A DNA stretch of 64,000 nt from a virus (taxonomy: Duplodnaviria > Heunggongvirae > Uroviricota > Caudoviricetes). The translations under genes were made by a program, and so were the position numbers. Of this stretch, positions 29,560 to 39,171 are shown one piece after another; the first letter of the stretch is position 1; each line of letters begins with the position of its first letter. The DNA lies in IMG/VR virus record IMGVR_UViG_3300025133_000019, one strand, 5' to 3'. The notes beneath the pieces were generated by a model. The model was given only the letters and a program-made list of their open reading frames with translations, ran no database searches and was not told where the DNA came from.

Positions 29560-32500
29560 ATGGCGTTTGGAGCACCTCAAATAGTACATCCCTTTACGGG
29601 CCAGGATTTTTCAACCAACAGATCGTCAGTAGATCTCGTTATTAAAGTGACCGATGGGGTTCAATTTTTGCAGGTTAACGGAGTAGACGTTAGTAGTAGT
29701 GTGGTAGCTGTCTCTGAGACGGACTACGATGTTAAGGAAGATAACGCAATTCCAACCGGGGAGACATTAGAATCATTTTTTATTGTAGCACTTGAGCTTG
29801 TCCCCAATAAAACTAGTTTATTTGATATAACGTCTGTATCTCAGGCTAATAATAGTGTTAAAGAAACAGTTTCTATTTATATTACTAGCATACCCTCTTC
29901 TTCTGTTGGAGTAGAAGTATTAAATCCTGTGGAGATTTTTACGGATAGTAAAAGCGAATCAGTTGAATTGTCTTGGATAGATAATAATGATATTTTAGAG
30001 TCCCCTGATGGGTCAGGTTACAATATATACGTTAGCACCTCTTTAGACAAGAGGCCAGGAACTTATAAAAAAGTCAATAACGTTCCTGTATCCGATACTA
30101 GCACTTCAGACCAGATAAAGACTGTTCTAAGTGAGATTTCTGTCGAAAGCACTACAACTCAGGAATTTACAGAGGCAACAGTAGGAGCAGTAAAAACTTC
30201 TTTTTCTATAAGCACGGGGTTGGAGAAGACTAGATACTTTGTCATAGAAAGGACTGTATTAGATGATGAGACAGGAGATCTAGATGCTCTTAAAGTTACT
30301 CTTAAGTCACTAGCTCTGTCTGAGTTGACTAGTATTAATAGTTTCTTGGCATTCCAGCACACTGATTCCTCCGGGACTAATGTGAGCACAGAGTCAGAAT
30401 CAGAGACTTTGTTAACTACTATTAATACTGCACTTACAGCGTCTGATTATGCTGATGAAGCTGAGAAAAAGCAGTATTTGCATGATGCTGGACTAATCTT
30501 AAAGAAACACACTAAGCTATTTCCTTTATATACTTTCAAAGAAACAGATTTAGTGTTGTCTACTGATACCGATTTAGATATAACTGATGACAATATTCAA
30601 GACGCTGTTAAAAATGCTAATCTTATTTTGTCGGTATACCCGGATTTGGTTTCTACATACACATTTGGGGTCACAGAAGTAGTATCTAATCCTCATGGGC
30701 TATGGACAGTTCAAAGTGATTCCGTAGTTGCGGGAGGGTTCTCTGGATCTTTTTACAAAAACATAAAAACTTTTATAGCAGATGACAATATCGGGACCTA
30801 TGGAGATTTTATTAAGTCAGAGCTTGTTTTCACGGAATACCCTCTTTACGAGTATAGATACGTGCTAACAAAATCTGTAGACACCACCACTAAAATTGAG
30901 GAGTCAGATCCAAAACTTAAGCTAAAGTTCTTGTTGACTAAGGATAATATGCCGGAGGATTTGTCTTTCTTGGTGGGAGAACCTATATTTTTTAGGATTG
31001 CTTTTGAGTATATAGACGATGTGTCTCAAGTTACGGTAGAAAGTTCTATGTCTCCCGAAACAGTGGGAGTTCCAATTACTCTGAGCAATTCTTTGGTCAC
31101 TCTAAAACACCCTACTCCCACAGAAATACAAAACTCTCTTATAACCAGTATTAATAGCAGTTTGCCAGACTTAGACGTGAAACCAGGAAGCATAGCTAGA
31201 TCAGTGTTCATAAATCCTATTTCTACTGTCCATCAAACACTGCATTTTAAGGAGTATTTTAGGGAAGTGTCACAAAGTTTTACTGCTCTTCTTGAGTTTG
31301 ACGGTACTGATGCAGACGGCAAGAGTTTAGATGTGTCTAAAAGCCCAAATAAGCAGGCATTACGAGCAGCTTACGGGCTAGACGATACTTCAACTAGCAA
31401 CGAGTTAATACAGGACTTTATAGATAATAGATTTGATTTGCTGGCTTCTAATTTTGGAGTCTCCAGGAAAGAATCCAGCTTTTCAGAAGGGAAAGTTATT
31501 TTCTCTGCCACTTCATTATCAGGGGACGAGGATACTATACAAATTAGTGCTGGAAGTCTTGTGTCAACCAATTCTCCGGCTGTAGAATTTTCCGTTTTAA
31601 ACACACTTACTAAAAACGATTTCACCAGCTTCAGGAATGGGGATGGATTTTACACTGCTAATGTTAATATAAGGGCTGTTATTTCTGGAGTTTCTGGGAA
31701 TATCCCTGCTAATTCTATTACAGTAGCAAAAGGAGGGTCTAACACGGGTTTAAGTGTTACTAATCCTGCTTCTACCTTTGGAGGAAAAGACAAGGCTAAT
31801 AATAGAGAGCTTGTGGAGAAAGTAGAAGCCAGACAGCTTAGCTCTGATACTGGGACTATTCCTGGATTAACTAGAGCTATTTCTGAAACAGGGTTGGCTC
31901 AAAAGTTTAAAGTTGTGGAATCAGGAGACCCCTTCCTCAAAAGAGGCTTTGATTATGTGGCCAGGAAAGACTTAGCTGGTTATGTTGATGTTTATATCAA
32001 AGGTAAGTTTCCACGAAATTACACCGAAACTTTTGGGGTTTTTTATGAGAAAAAAATTGGATCATTAGTCAATTTTAAAATAAATTCCTTGGGGGATGAT
32101 CCATATGACTTCGGGACTCCTTTTGCTGAGATAGATTTCTTGGTGGATAATCCAGGGCTAGATAATGATTACATTGATATCTATGAGATCACTAGGGCTG
32201 AGATCACCAGTCCTCCAGGCAATACTTTTTCCAAATCGACTAACCTAATATTAGAGTCTGTTGGTACAATTCCGGTGTTTATGAAGTCTGGAGATTTTAA
32301 GGTAGCCCTTGATCTAGGTCTTTCCGAGAAGACTGTTTCTGGGTCTGTTACAACAAGTATAGTGGACGGTAATATACACTATGACCTAGGAGACGCAGTA
32401 GATTATTCTAAGTATAAGAATAAAGCAATTAGTATATCTGGATTTGATTCTACAGATAATAATGTTGATCCTCTGGATAACCTGAAAGGCAGGCCACTCA

Positions 32501-35106
32501 GTATTAGTGATGCTGGAAGTCAGTATCTAGAAGTTGATGTAGCAGGGCTGGAGAAGACTGTGAGCGTGTCAGGAGAGGATTTGTCTTCCCAGATAGATTC
32601 TACGGACTCTGTGTACCAAGAGGCTGTTGTAGGTGAAGATTTAAGTGGTCAAATATCAGAGGGGGTTACTCTTTTTTCTCTGGAGTTTCCTAATGTAGTT
32701 GACTCTACTAATCAAGTCACTACTGATATACAGGATGTGACTGTCAGGTTGAACGGAGAGGAAATAAGCACCTTCTCTTTAAACGGGGGAGTAGGTAATA
32801 TAGTATTAGATGGGGAACCTTCTGCTGGAGACAGCTTAAGTATAGATTATTCGTACAGGATATTTAAAACTGAGTTTACAAGAATAGTAGACGGTTCAGA
32901 TGTCATAACAGATGATACTCAGTTTTTAACTGCCGTAGTAAATGCGGTTGGTGTAACTCCTATTTGGTTAGACGGTTCAGAAGGGAAATTTGCTCTCCAG
33001 ACTCTACCTGTTACTAATGAGACTTTTACAGTTTCTTACAGTTATACTAGAGAAGAGACTGTACAAGCTATAATATCTTTGGGCCAGACTAATATAGTGT
33101 CTCCAGAGAAAGTTATTAATGCGGTTGTAGCTGCTACTATACCTTCGACAGGAAAACTCAGATTTACTACTACGGATTCTGTGGATTATTCTAGTTACAC
33201 AGGAAAATTCATACAGTCAACAGGATTTGAACACAGTGTTATTAATATAGGAGCCTTGCTTACTGTAGATCCTGTTTTTATAAAGGACTCCGGAGTAGGT
33301 TATATAGAGATTACAGACCCCGGAAGTGGATCTGTGGAAACAAAGACGGCGACCATAAAAATAAGCGGGAACTTAGATCTTTATTTGTTTGATGAAGAAT
33401 CTGCTATTTCCTTTGACTTGCTTATGAGGAGGGATTTTTTACATAGAGTCCTTAAAAAACCTTTGGACACTGTAACATCTTTGGTTGATTCTAATAATAT
33501 TGTGTATAAGGAAAATCTTAATTATGTTCAATTCAATAACTCCAAGGTTTTAATGGAAGGTGGGTCTTTGCTTGAGGATAGTGGAGTTAAAATAGTTTCT
33601 AGCCCTTTAGAGGAAGTAAAGTCGGATTCTTTTGCGGAAGCTGATTTAACAAATTCCAAGCTGTATTTATTAGGAGATTGTTGGCTGACTAGCATGCCCG
33701 TGTTGGAGACTGTATCAGGTACTCTTCAAACATATACTTTTGGGGAACATTTTACGGTACAGAAAAATGCTAAATTCCTGTTTATAAGATTAGATCTAGA
33801 TTTTGAGTTAGATGAGGGACAGTCTTCAGTTAGATTGAAAGTTATATATGGAAAGAATCGTGCAAAAGAAAAAGAACTGATACTTGTTCCTGGATTGGAC
33901 ACTTATGTGGATTTAGTTAAGTACTGGTATTTTCCCAGGATAACTAATGAAGCAGAGGATACCCTTTTAGAGGGGACTGATTACGAGCTATTGGCCACGG
34001 ATGGAAATTCTGTATATATTAGGATGAAAGACTATGTTTTTAATGGTTCTGAAGACTTAGACATTCAGTATTATGAGAATACTAATATTGGGGCACCTTC
34101 AAATGTTAACGATCCCGTTTTAACAGGAGTAGATTATAGACTTTCTCTGGCTTCCGGAGTACCTAAATCATTAACTCATTTCGGGATAGAGCCAAGTAGT
34201 GTGGTAGTTAGGCCATATACAGATCTTAATATACGGCTAGACCCTTATATCAAGGATTTAGATTATAGAGTAGTTACTATTCCGGATACTGAAGTTAAGA
34301 TAGAAAGAATTAAAAGTGGAAATATTCAAGATACTTCTTTTGTTAATGTAGAGTATACTTATGCAGATGAGGTTACCGCTAATTATGTATTTGATGAACA
34401 AATAGGATTACTGACCGACGAATTAAAATCTTTTTCTCACGGGGGATCTGATCTTTTGGTTAAGCGTTTGCAAACCATAAAAGTAGATATAAAAGCCTTC
34501 ATATATCTATATGACTTGAATTTGAAGAGTTCAGTTGATCAAAAAATAAGAGAGGGCGTTCACACTTATGTTAATAAGCTTGATGTTGGGGATTCTTTGT
34601 TTGAATCTGATATTGTAAGAATAATAGACGATACCTCTGGTGTCAGAAATGTTAAAGTAGATTTGGCATTAATGACCATTTCTGATGGAGAAGTCAATTT
34701 TTCTGAAGTACTGGATAAAGGGTTCTTTTCTGTATATGAGCAAGGCGCAGTTAATTCTTATTTCTCTCCTTCTAAGATTACTAATGTAGACGGAAAAGAA
34801 ACCACTCTTTTGAAGTATGTTCCTCAAGAAGGAGGAGGTACTGATGACAAAGAGAAATCAGTAGTTGTGGATAATGTGGAATACACTCTTAAGGACAGTC
34901 CTGGAGATATATCCAAAGAGAAAGGTCTAGCATACATTTCTAGTAATGGAAGCATTTACATATCATTTATAGAGGAGACTAAGTCGGACTCTTCTATAGA
35001 AATAACATACCAAGTTAAAAAAACAGAAACATCTACTGATATAGAAGTTTCTCCCTTTCAATTAATAGAGATTAACGATTTAGAATTTGTGTTCTTGCAG
35101 AAATAA
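29560..35106 (+). CDS. Baseplate J/gp6-like wedge protein, greatly expanded (1848 aa)
   Basis: DVKPGS.ARSVFINP, LDLLASNF-like FDLLASNFGVSR...GKVIF, GVSGNIPANSI, VTNPASTFGGKD, GYVDVYI, and C-terminal LDVGDSL..SDIV.II....GV. Confidence 0.88.
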   Translation: MAFGAPQIVHPFTGQDFSTNRSSVDLVIKVTDGVQFLQVNGVDVSSSVVAVSETDYDVKEDNAIPTGETLESFFIVALELVPNKTSLFDITSVSQANNSVKETVSIYITSIPSSSVGVEVLNPVEIFTDSKSESVELSWIDNNDILESPDGSGYNIYVSTSLDKRPGTYKKVNNVPVSDTSTSDQIKTVLSEISVESTTTQEFTEATVGAVKTSFSISTGLEKTRYFVIERTVLDDETGDLDALKVTLKSLALSELTSINSFLAFQHTDSSGTNVSTESESETLLTTINTALTASDYADEAEKKQYLHDAGLILKKHTKLFPLYTFKETDLVLSTDTDLDITDDNIQDAVKNANLILSVYPDLVSTYTFGVTEVVSNPHGLWTVQSDSVVAGGFSGSFYKNIKTFIADDNIGTYGDFIKSELVFTEYPLYEYRYVLTKSVDTTTKIEESDPKLKLKFLLTKDNMPEDLSFLVGEPIFFRIAFEYIDDVSQVTVESSMSPETVGVPITLSNSLVTLKHPTPTEIQNSLITSINSSLPDLDVKPGSIARSVFINPISTVHQTLHFKEYFREVSQSFTALLEFDGTDADGKSLDVSKSPNKQALRAAYGLDDTSTSNELIQDFIDNRFDLLASNFGVSRKESSFSEGKVIFSATSLSGDEDTIQISAGSLVSTNSPAVEFSVLNTLTKNDFTSFRNGDGFYTANVNIRAVISGVSGNIPANSITVAKGGSNTGLSVTNPASTFGGKDKANNRELVEKVEARQLSSDTGTIPGLTRAISETGLAQKFKVVESGDPFLKRGFDYVARKDLAGYVDVYIKGKFPRNYTETFGVFYEKKIGSLVNFKINSLGDDPYDFGTPFAEIDFLVDNPGLDNDYIDIYEITRAEITSPPGNTFSKSTNLILESVGTIPVFMKSGDFKVALDLGLSEKTVSGSVTTSIVDGNIHYDLGDAVDYSKYKNKAISISGFDSTDNNVDPLDNLKGRPLSISDAGSQYLEVDVAGLEKTVSVSGEDLSSQIDSTDSVYQEAVVGEDLSGQISEGVTLFSLEFPNVVDSTNQVTTDIQDVTVRLNGEEISTFSLNGGVGNIVLDGEPSAGDSLSIDYSYRIFKTEFTRIVDGSDVITDDTQFLTAVVNAVGVTPIWLDGSEGKFALQTLPVTNETFTVSYSYTREETVQAIISLGQTNIVSPEKVINAVVAATIPSTGKLRFTTTDSVDYSSYTGKFIQSTGFEHSVINIGALLTVDPVFIKDSGVGYIEITDPGSGSVETKTATIKISGNLDLYLFDEESAISFDLLMRRDFLHRVLKKPLDTVTSLVDSNNIVYKENLNYVQFNNSKVLMEGGSLLEDSGVKIVSSPLEEVKSDSFAEADLTNSKLYLLGDCWLTSMPVLETVSGTLQTYTFGEHFTVQKNAKFLFIRLDLDFELDEGQSSVRLKVIYGKNRAKEKELILVPGLDTYVDLVKYWYFPRITNEAEDTLLEGTDYELLATDGNSVYIRMKDYVFNGSEDLDIQYYENTNIGAPSNVNDPVLTGVDYRLSLASGVPKSLTHFGIEPSSVVVRPYTDLNIRLDPYIKDLDYRVVTIPDTEVKIERIKSGNIQDTSFVNVEYTYADEVTANYVFDEQIGLLTDELKSFSHGGSDLLVKRLQTIKVDIKAFIYLYDLNLKSSVDQKIREGVHTYVNKLDVGDSLFESDIVRIIDDTSGVRNVKVDLALMTISDGEVNFSEVLDKGFFSVYEQGAVNSYFSPSKITNVDGKETTLLKYVPQEGGGTDDKEKSVVVDNVEYTLKDSPGDISKEKGLAYISSNGSIYISFIEETKSDSSIEITYQVKKTETSTDIEVSPFQLIEINDLEFVFLQK

Positions 35107-38085
35107 ATGACAGAATTTAATAAAAACTCTAAACTCCTAGAACGAGTAGATAAGAGAGAAGGACAAGATAAATGGGCCTCGTTCATCCTATCTGAGATGT
35201 CCTCTATTTATTCTGACGAGTTCATTCATTCCTCTAATTATATGGTAATAATAAGGGAGTTAGCGGAAATTTTTGCTGCTAGCGAAATACTATTTGAAAA
35301 AGTTTCTTTGGATAACTATCTGGAAACAGTACGAGCCACTAGATTATTTAGAAATTTTGGAGATTTAATTTCTGATAGACCAGTTGGATTTAGTGATGAG
35401 GAATATAGGATCTTTTTAAAGACTTTAATAAAAATAGTTTTTAATGGATTTACTATTGTATTTTCAAAAGGTATTCCTGAAGAACTTAACTCTACTCAAG
35501 TTAGTATTAAATATCCGGAGCAAATAAGAAATACTTCTGTAGTAAGCACGGGTTTAAATCATAAGAATTCATTGTTATCACAGTCTGGCAAGCTAGGTTT
35601 AGCATTAACAGAGAGTTCTGATGCTAATAACGTTTTAGGTGGTAGCAGAGAAAATAATAGAGTTATTATTGAGGCCGAGTTAGATAGTGTAGGTAAATTT
35701 GATAGATTTGAATTAGATCTTATTTCTAGCGTAGTATCAGAAATACTTAGTTCTATAGTACTTTTAGAAGTACGAATCAAGAATATCTCTGGAAGGTCTG
35801 GAGTAGGGTCTAAGACTTCTGATTTAGTTAGATATGCAAGCTTTAATAATTTTGCTTCTATTATGGAGAAGATATCTTATGTTAAGAACGGGGCAGTGTC
35901 CTATATAGAGGATATCTCAGCTTACGAAGAAGTTATTACTGATTCTTATAGTGTTGGAGATATTGTAGAAGCGTCCCCAGCTCCATCATACACTCATACC
36001 TACACCATAGAAGATACTTACGATGTAGTTGCTAATATTCAAGAATCATTTACTGAGGACCATTCCAATCCCAGTATAACTAGTACGTATCCAGTGGATG
36101 GAGCTGTTAAAATACACCCCAGTTTTACGGCTCTAATAAATTTTAGTGAGCCTTTAGATGTTGCAACAGTTATTCCGGCTAATATCTTTGCTGAGATAGA
36201 GACAGCGACTCCAGGAGTATTTCAATCCTTGGATTCTACATTGACCTATAACTCCTCTTTAGATAGAGCTGAGCTGGAGTTTGACTCCCAAGCTCTAGAG
36301 AGTTTTTTAGGTAGAGACATTAGAATCTCTGTAACCCAAAGTATAACAGACACTTTTTCTAATATATTGGATGTTGCCTCAGTTATTACATTTACTTTAA
36401 CCACCGATATAACAGCTCCAATAGTTTCTAGCACAGTTCCAGTGGACGGAGCTGTGGACATAACAGCAGACACCTCAGTGGTCACAATAACTTTTTCTGA
36501 GGACATGGATGCTTCTACTATAACTTCTTCTAATATAAAACTTTTTAAAGGGGTAGAGGAAGAAGTTGTTACGGTATCTCACCCTAGTCCAGACACGGTA
36601 CAACTTACTGTGGATGACGGGAATTTAGACTTTGAGACTGTGTATAAAGTATTTGTAAGCACGGGAGTAAAAGATTTAGAAGGTAATAATTTAGAGCAGG
36701 ATTACAATTCCCCAACTGGATTCACAACGGAGGATTTGCCTACAGCACCTACTTTTGATGCTGGTGCAGGGGTCCAAACTACCAATGCAAATTATACAAT
36801 AGAGTGGACAGATACTAATGCTCCTGGTTACGTAGATTATTTCAAGGTTTATAAGAATGGGGCTTTCCTAAAAACAGGCAATGAAATTGGAGTTCAGATT
36901 GATTTGTTTGATTTATATTTAAATGAGTCGGCTAATTTTACAGCAGCCCCGGTCAAAAATGGAGTGGAAGGAGCCTTGTCGTCTGCGTTTAATTTGGAAA
37001 AAATAGTTGATACTCCAGTGTTTGACGGAGGCTCTTCCATAGATGCTCCAGGGCCTGATAATCTTGAGGATATCAATCAGGTGTTATCCTGGACTTATAC
37101 TGTTAATGGGGTATTGGCTAATTATCCTGAGCTAGAAGAAGTTACTATAAATCCTGATACTCAGAATATAGAAAACACAGAACCAAATATAGCTAATTCG
37201 GGGTTTTCTAGGGCTGACCACAAAGATTATCAATACAGAGTGAGAATCAGAGTGGATGGTGGGACTTCTTTTTCCGATGCTTATGGACCTTGGTCAAGTG
37301 TAAAAACAATTTATATAAGGCAGAAGTTAGATCCAATTGTCTCTTTGTCTCCAAAAGTTCAGCACATTCCGAGTGGCATATGGTCTGTTAATTGGCCTAG
37401 TGTTGATTACGCTGAGACTTACAGAGTGAGGATGGAGAAGAGACTAGATTATGACGATGATGGGAATTCGGATTTAATTCTAAGCTCTGCCAGCACAACT
37501 TTCAATTTTGATGGCAGTTCTGGGTCTTGGGATGATAAGATTCACATTGTTACGGTTATGTCTATTGATTCCGGGCTTCATAATCATGAATCGAGTGATT
37601 GGAGTGATGGAGTTAATCATTCCGGATTTGATGAGTTCTATCCGTATGACGTAGATCCGATTTTACATACTGATATAAACGACGCTTGGGAAACTCAGGC
37701 GGAAAGGCAGTTTGGGGTAATTATTGAGACAGCCATGTACAAGAGTCCTGATCTACAGGCAGTAGGAACAGCAGGATTGAACGTGACTAAAGAAGCTCAT
37801 ATATATGCGGAAGAGGATCACGATCATCCTGTAGACGGTCAAAATTTCCCTCAAGCTGACCCCGTGAATTTTACGGCATCTTCTCCTACGGCGGGAATCA
37901 CTCATTACGAATTCAGGTATAGGGCTTCTAATAGCCCGGATTGGATCTACGCTGGGCCAAACACTAGCCCAGTATTTGGAACCTCTGTATGGATAGTTCC
38001 CGATTTTGTGATACAGGCTAGAGTTGGAGATAATACCGATTGGTCAGCGTGGAGTAATTCATTAGTGTTGCAAGCTACTGATTGA
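35107..38085 (+). CDS. Baseplate wedge protein with two Ig-like (SbsA/Big_5-type) and FN3-like domains
   Basis: N-terminal LFRNFG...EEYR.FL..L (gpI/gp7-like); two P.I.ST.PVDGA...I.FSE.D repeats; FN3 motifs (YQYRVR...YGPWS; WSAWS). Confidence 0.75.
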   Translation: MTEFNKNSKLLERVDKREGQDKWASFILSEMSSIYSDEFIHSSNYMVIIRELAEIFAASEILFEKVSLDNYLETVRATRLFRNFGDLISDRPVGFSDEEYRIFLKTLIKIVFNGFTIVFSKGIPEELNSTQVSIKYPEQIRNTSVVSTGLNHKNSLLSQSGKLGLALTESSDANNVLGGSRENNRVIIEAELDSVGKFDRFELDLISSVVSEILSSIVLLEVRIKNISGRSGVGSKTSDLVRYASFNNFASIMEKISYVKNGAVSYIEDISAYEEVITDSYSVGDIVEASPAPSYTHTYTIEDTYDVVANIQESFTEDHSNPSITSTYPVDGAVKIHPSFTALINFSEPLDVATVIPANIFAEIETATPGVFQSLDSTLTYNSSLDRAELEFDSQALESFLGRDIRISVTQSITDTFSNILDVASVITFTLTTDITAPIVSSTVPVDGAVDITADTSVVTITFSEDMDASTITSSNIKLFKGVEEEVVTVSHPSPDTVQLTVDDGNLDFETVYKVFVSTGVKDLEGNNLEQDYNSPTGFTTEDLPTAPTFDAGAGVQTTNANYTIEWTDTNAPGYVDYFKVYKNGAFLKTGNEIGVQIDLFDLYLNESANFTAAPVKNGVEGALSSAFNLEKIVDTPVFDGGSSIDAPGPDNLEDINQVLSWTYTVNGVLANYPELEEVTINPDTQNIENTEPNIANSGFSRADHKDYQYRVRIRVDGGTSFSDAYGPWSSVKTIYIRQKLDPIVSLSPKVQHIPSGIWSVNWPSVDYAETYRVRMEKRLDYDDDGNSDLILSSASTTFNFDGSSGSWDDKIHIVTVMSIDSGLHNHESSDWSDGVNHSGFDEFYPYDVDPILHTDINDAWETQAERQFGVIIETAMYKSPDLQAVGTAGLNVTKEAHIYAEEDHDHPVDGQNFPQADPVNFTASSPTAGITHYEFRYRASNSPDWIYAGPNTSPVFGTSVWIVPDFVIQARVGDNTDWSAWSNSLVLQATD

Positions 38086-38129
38086 TAGTAATTTTTTTAT
38101 AACTTTATATAACTATAGGAAATTAAAAA

Positions 38130-38612
38130 ATGTCAACAAAAACAGAAAAATACAATTTAGAAGGTGTGAAAGGTGTTTTAGAAGTATGGGCTTACCGTTC
38201 TGGTGAGCTACTTTCCTACTCTAAAAATAATAATGCCATCACTCTAGAGTACAAAAACTTCTTAGCAGGGGCTGTCACAGGCGAACTTGCCATGAATACT
38301 TTTGAAATAGGTACTGGAAATACTGCTCCAGTGCTGGCAGATACTGCATTAGTGGCTTCGGTTTTCTCTAAGGACATAGAGGCCGGAGATCTTTCAAAAG
38401 AAAATAATGTTTTATCCTTGTCCTTAAGCGTAGAAGCTGGAGAGGCTAATTCTGGGTCTCCTCTTGTCAAGGAAGTAGGAGTTTTTATGGGTGCTACAGG
38501 GGGTTCAGGGGATTCTTTAATAGCAAGGGCTTTGATTGTAGACCCGGTAACAAAAAATGATGCCACAACAATAAATATTTTGTGGACATGGACTTTCGGT
38601 GACCCGGCTTAA
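38130..38612 (+). CDS. Tail-fibre attachment/collar-like protein
   Basis: N.IT...IGTG.TAP...DTAL...EAN...KEVGVF...K...I.WT.TF pattern. Confidence 0.7.
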   Translation: MSTKTEKYNLEGVKGVLEVWAYRSGELLSYSKNNNAITLEYKNFLAGAVTGELAMNTFEIGTGNTAPVLADTALVASVFSKDIEAGDLSKENNVLSLSLSVEAGEANSGSPLVKEVGVFMGATGGSGDSLIARALIVDPVTKNDATTINILWTWTFGDPA

Positions 38613-39169
38613 TGAGTATCAAAGGAACCGTATTTTATACTTTAGGAGATTTAGAGTCTCCTGAGTTTGTGTCTGAGATAAGAAGTAATGAGAGATTGCC
38701 TTCTATAGAATCTTCGGTACTAGCTTCCTTTGCTAAAGGGGATAAAACTGTATTCTATAAGTATTTAGGTATAGGCGGTGGATCTAGTACATTATTCACA
38801 GATCCCGAAACTCCTCCAACGAGTAAAAGTGTTATTGGTAGCAATTTGGATTCTGTTAATCCAAGACTACTATCTGAGTTTCATAGAAAACAAATTTCTA
38901 GTGCTAGATTTATAGATACTAATATAGTAGGAGATAACCAATTTACAACTTCTAATTTAGGAGTAATCGAGTTAATCTGGACTTTTTCTAAAGAAGAAGC
39001 AGTAGGAACTTGGAGAGAACTAGGAATATTTTCTGGGGACGCTACTGATAAATTGAATACAGGAAGCTTAGTGCATTATATAACCATACCGGATTTTGTT
39101 AAGACTCCCTCTTTTATAATAGGTAGAGATTTTAATTGGCATTGGAGACTGGATTTTAATCAGGAATAA
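38612..39169 (+). CDS. Tail-fibre attachment/collar-like protein (paralog)
   Basis: YLGIGGG...EAVGTWRELGIF.G...K....WRLDF; parallels 38130. Confidence 0.7.
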   Translation: MSIKGTVFYTLGDLESPEFVSEIRSNERLPSIESSVLASFAKGDKTVFYKYLGIGGGSSTLFTDPETPPTSKSVIGSNLDSVNPRLLSEFHRKQISSARFIDTNIVGDNQFTTSNLGVIELIWTFSKEEAVGTWRELGIFSGDATDKLNTGSLVHYITIPDFVKTPSFIIGRDFNWHWRLDFNQE

Positions 39170-39171
39170 TT

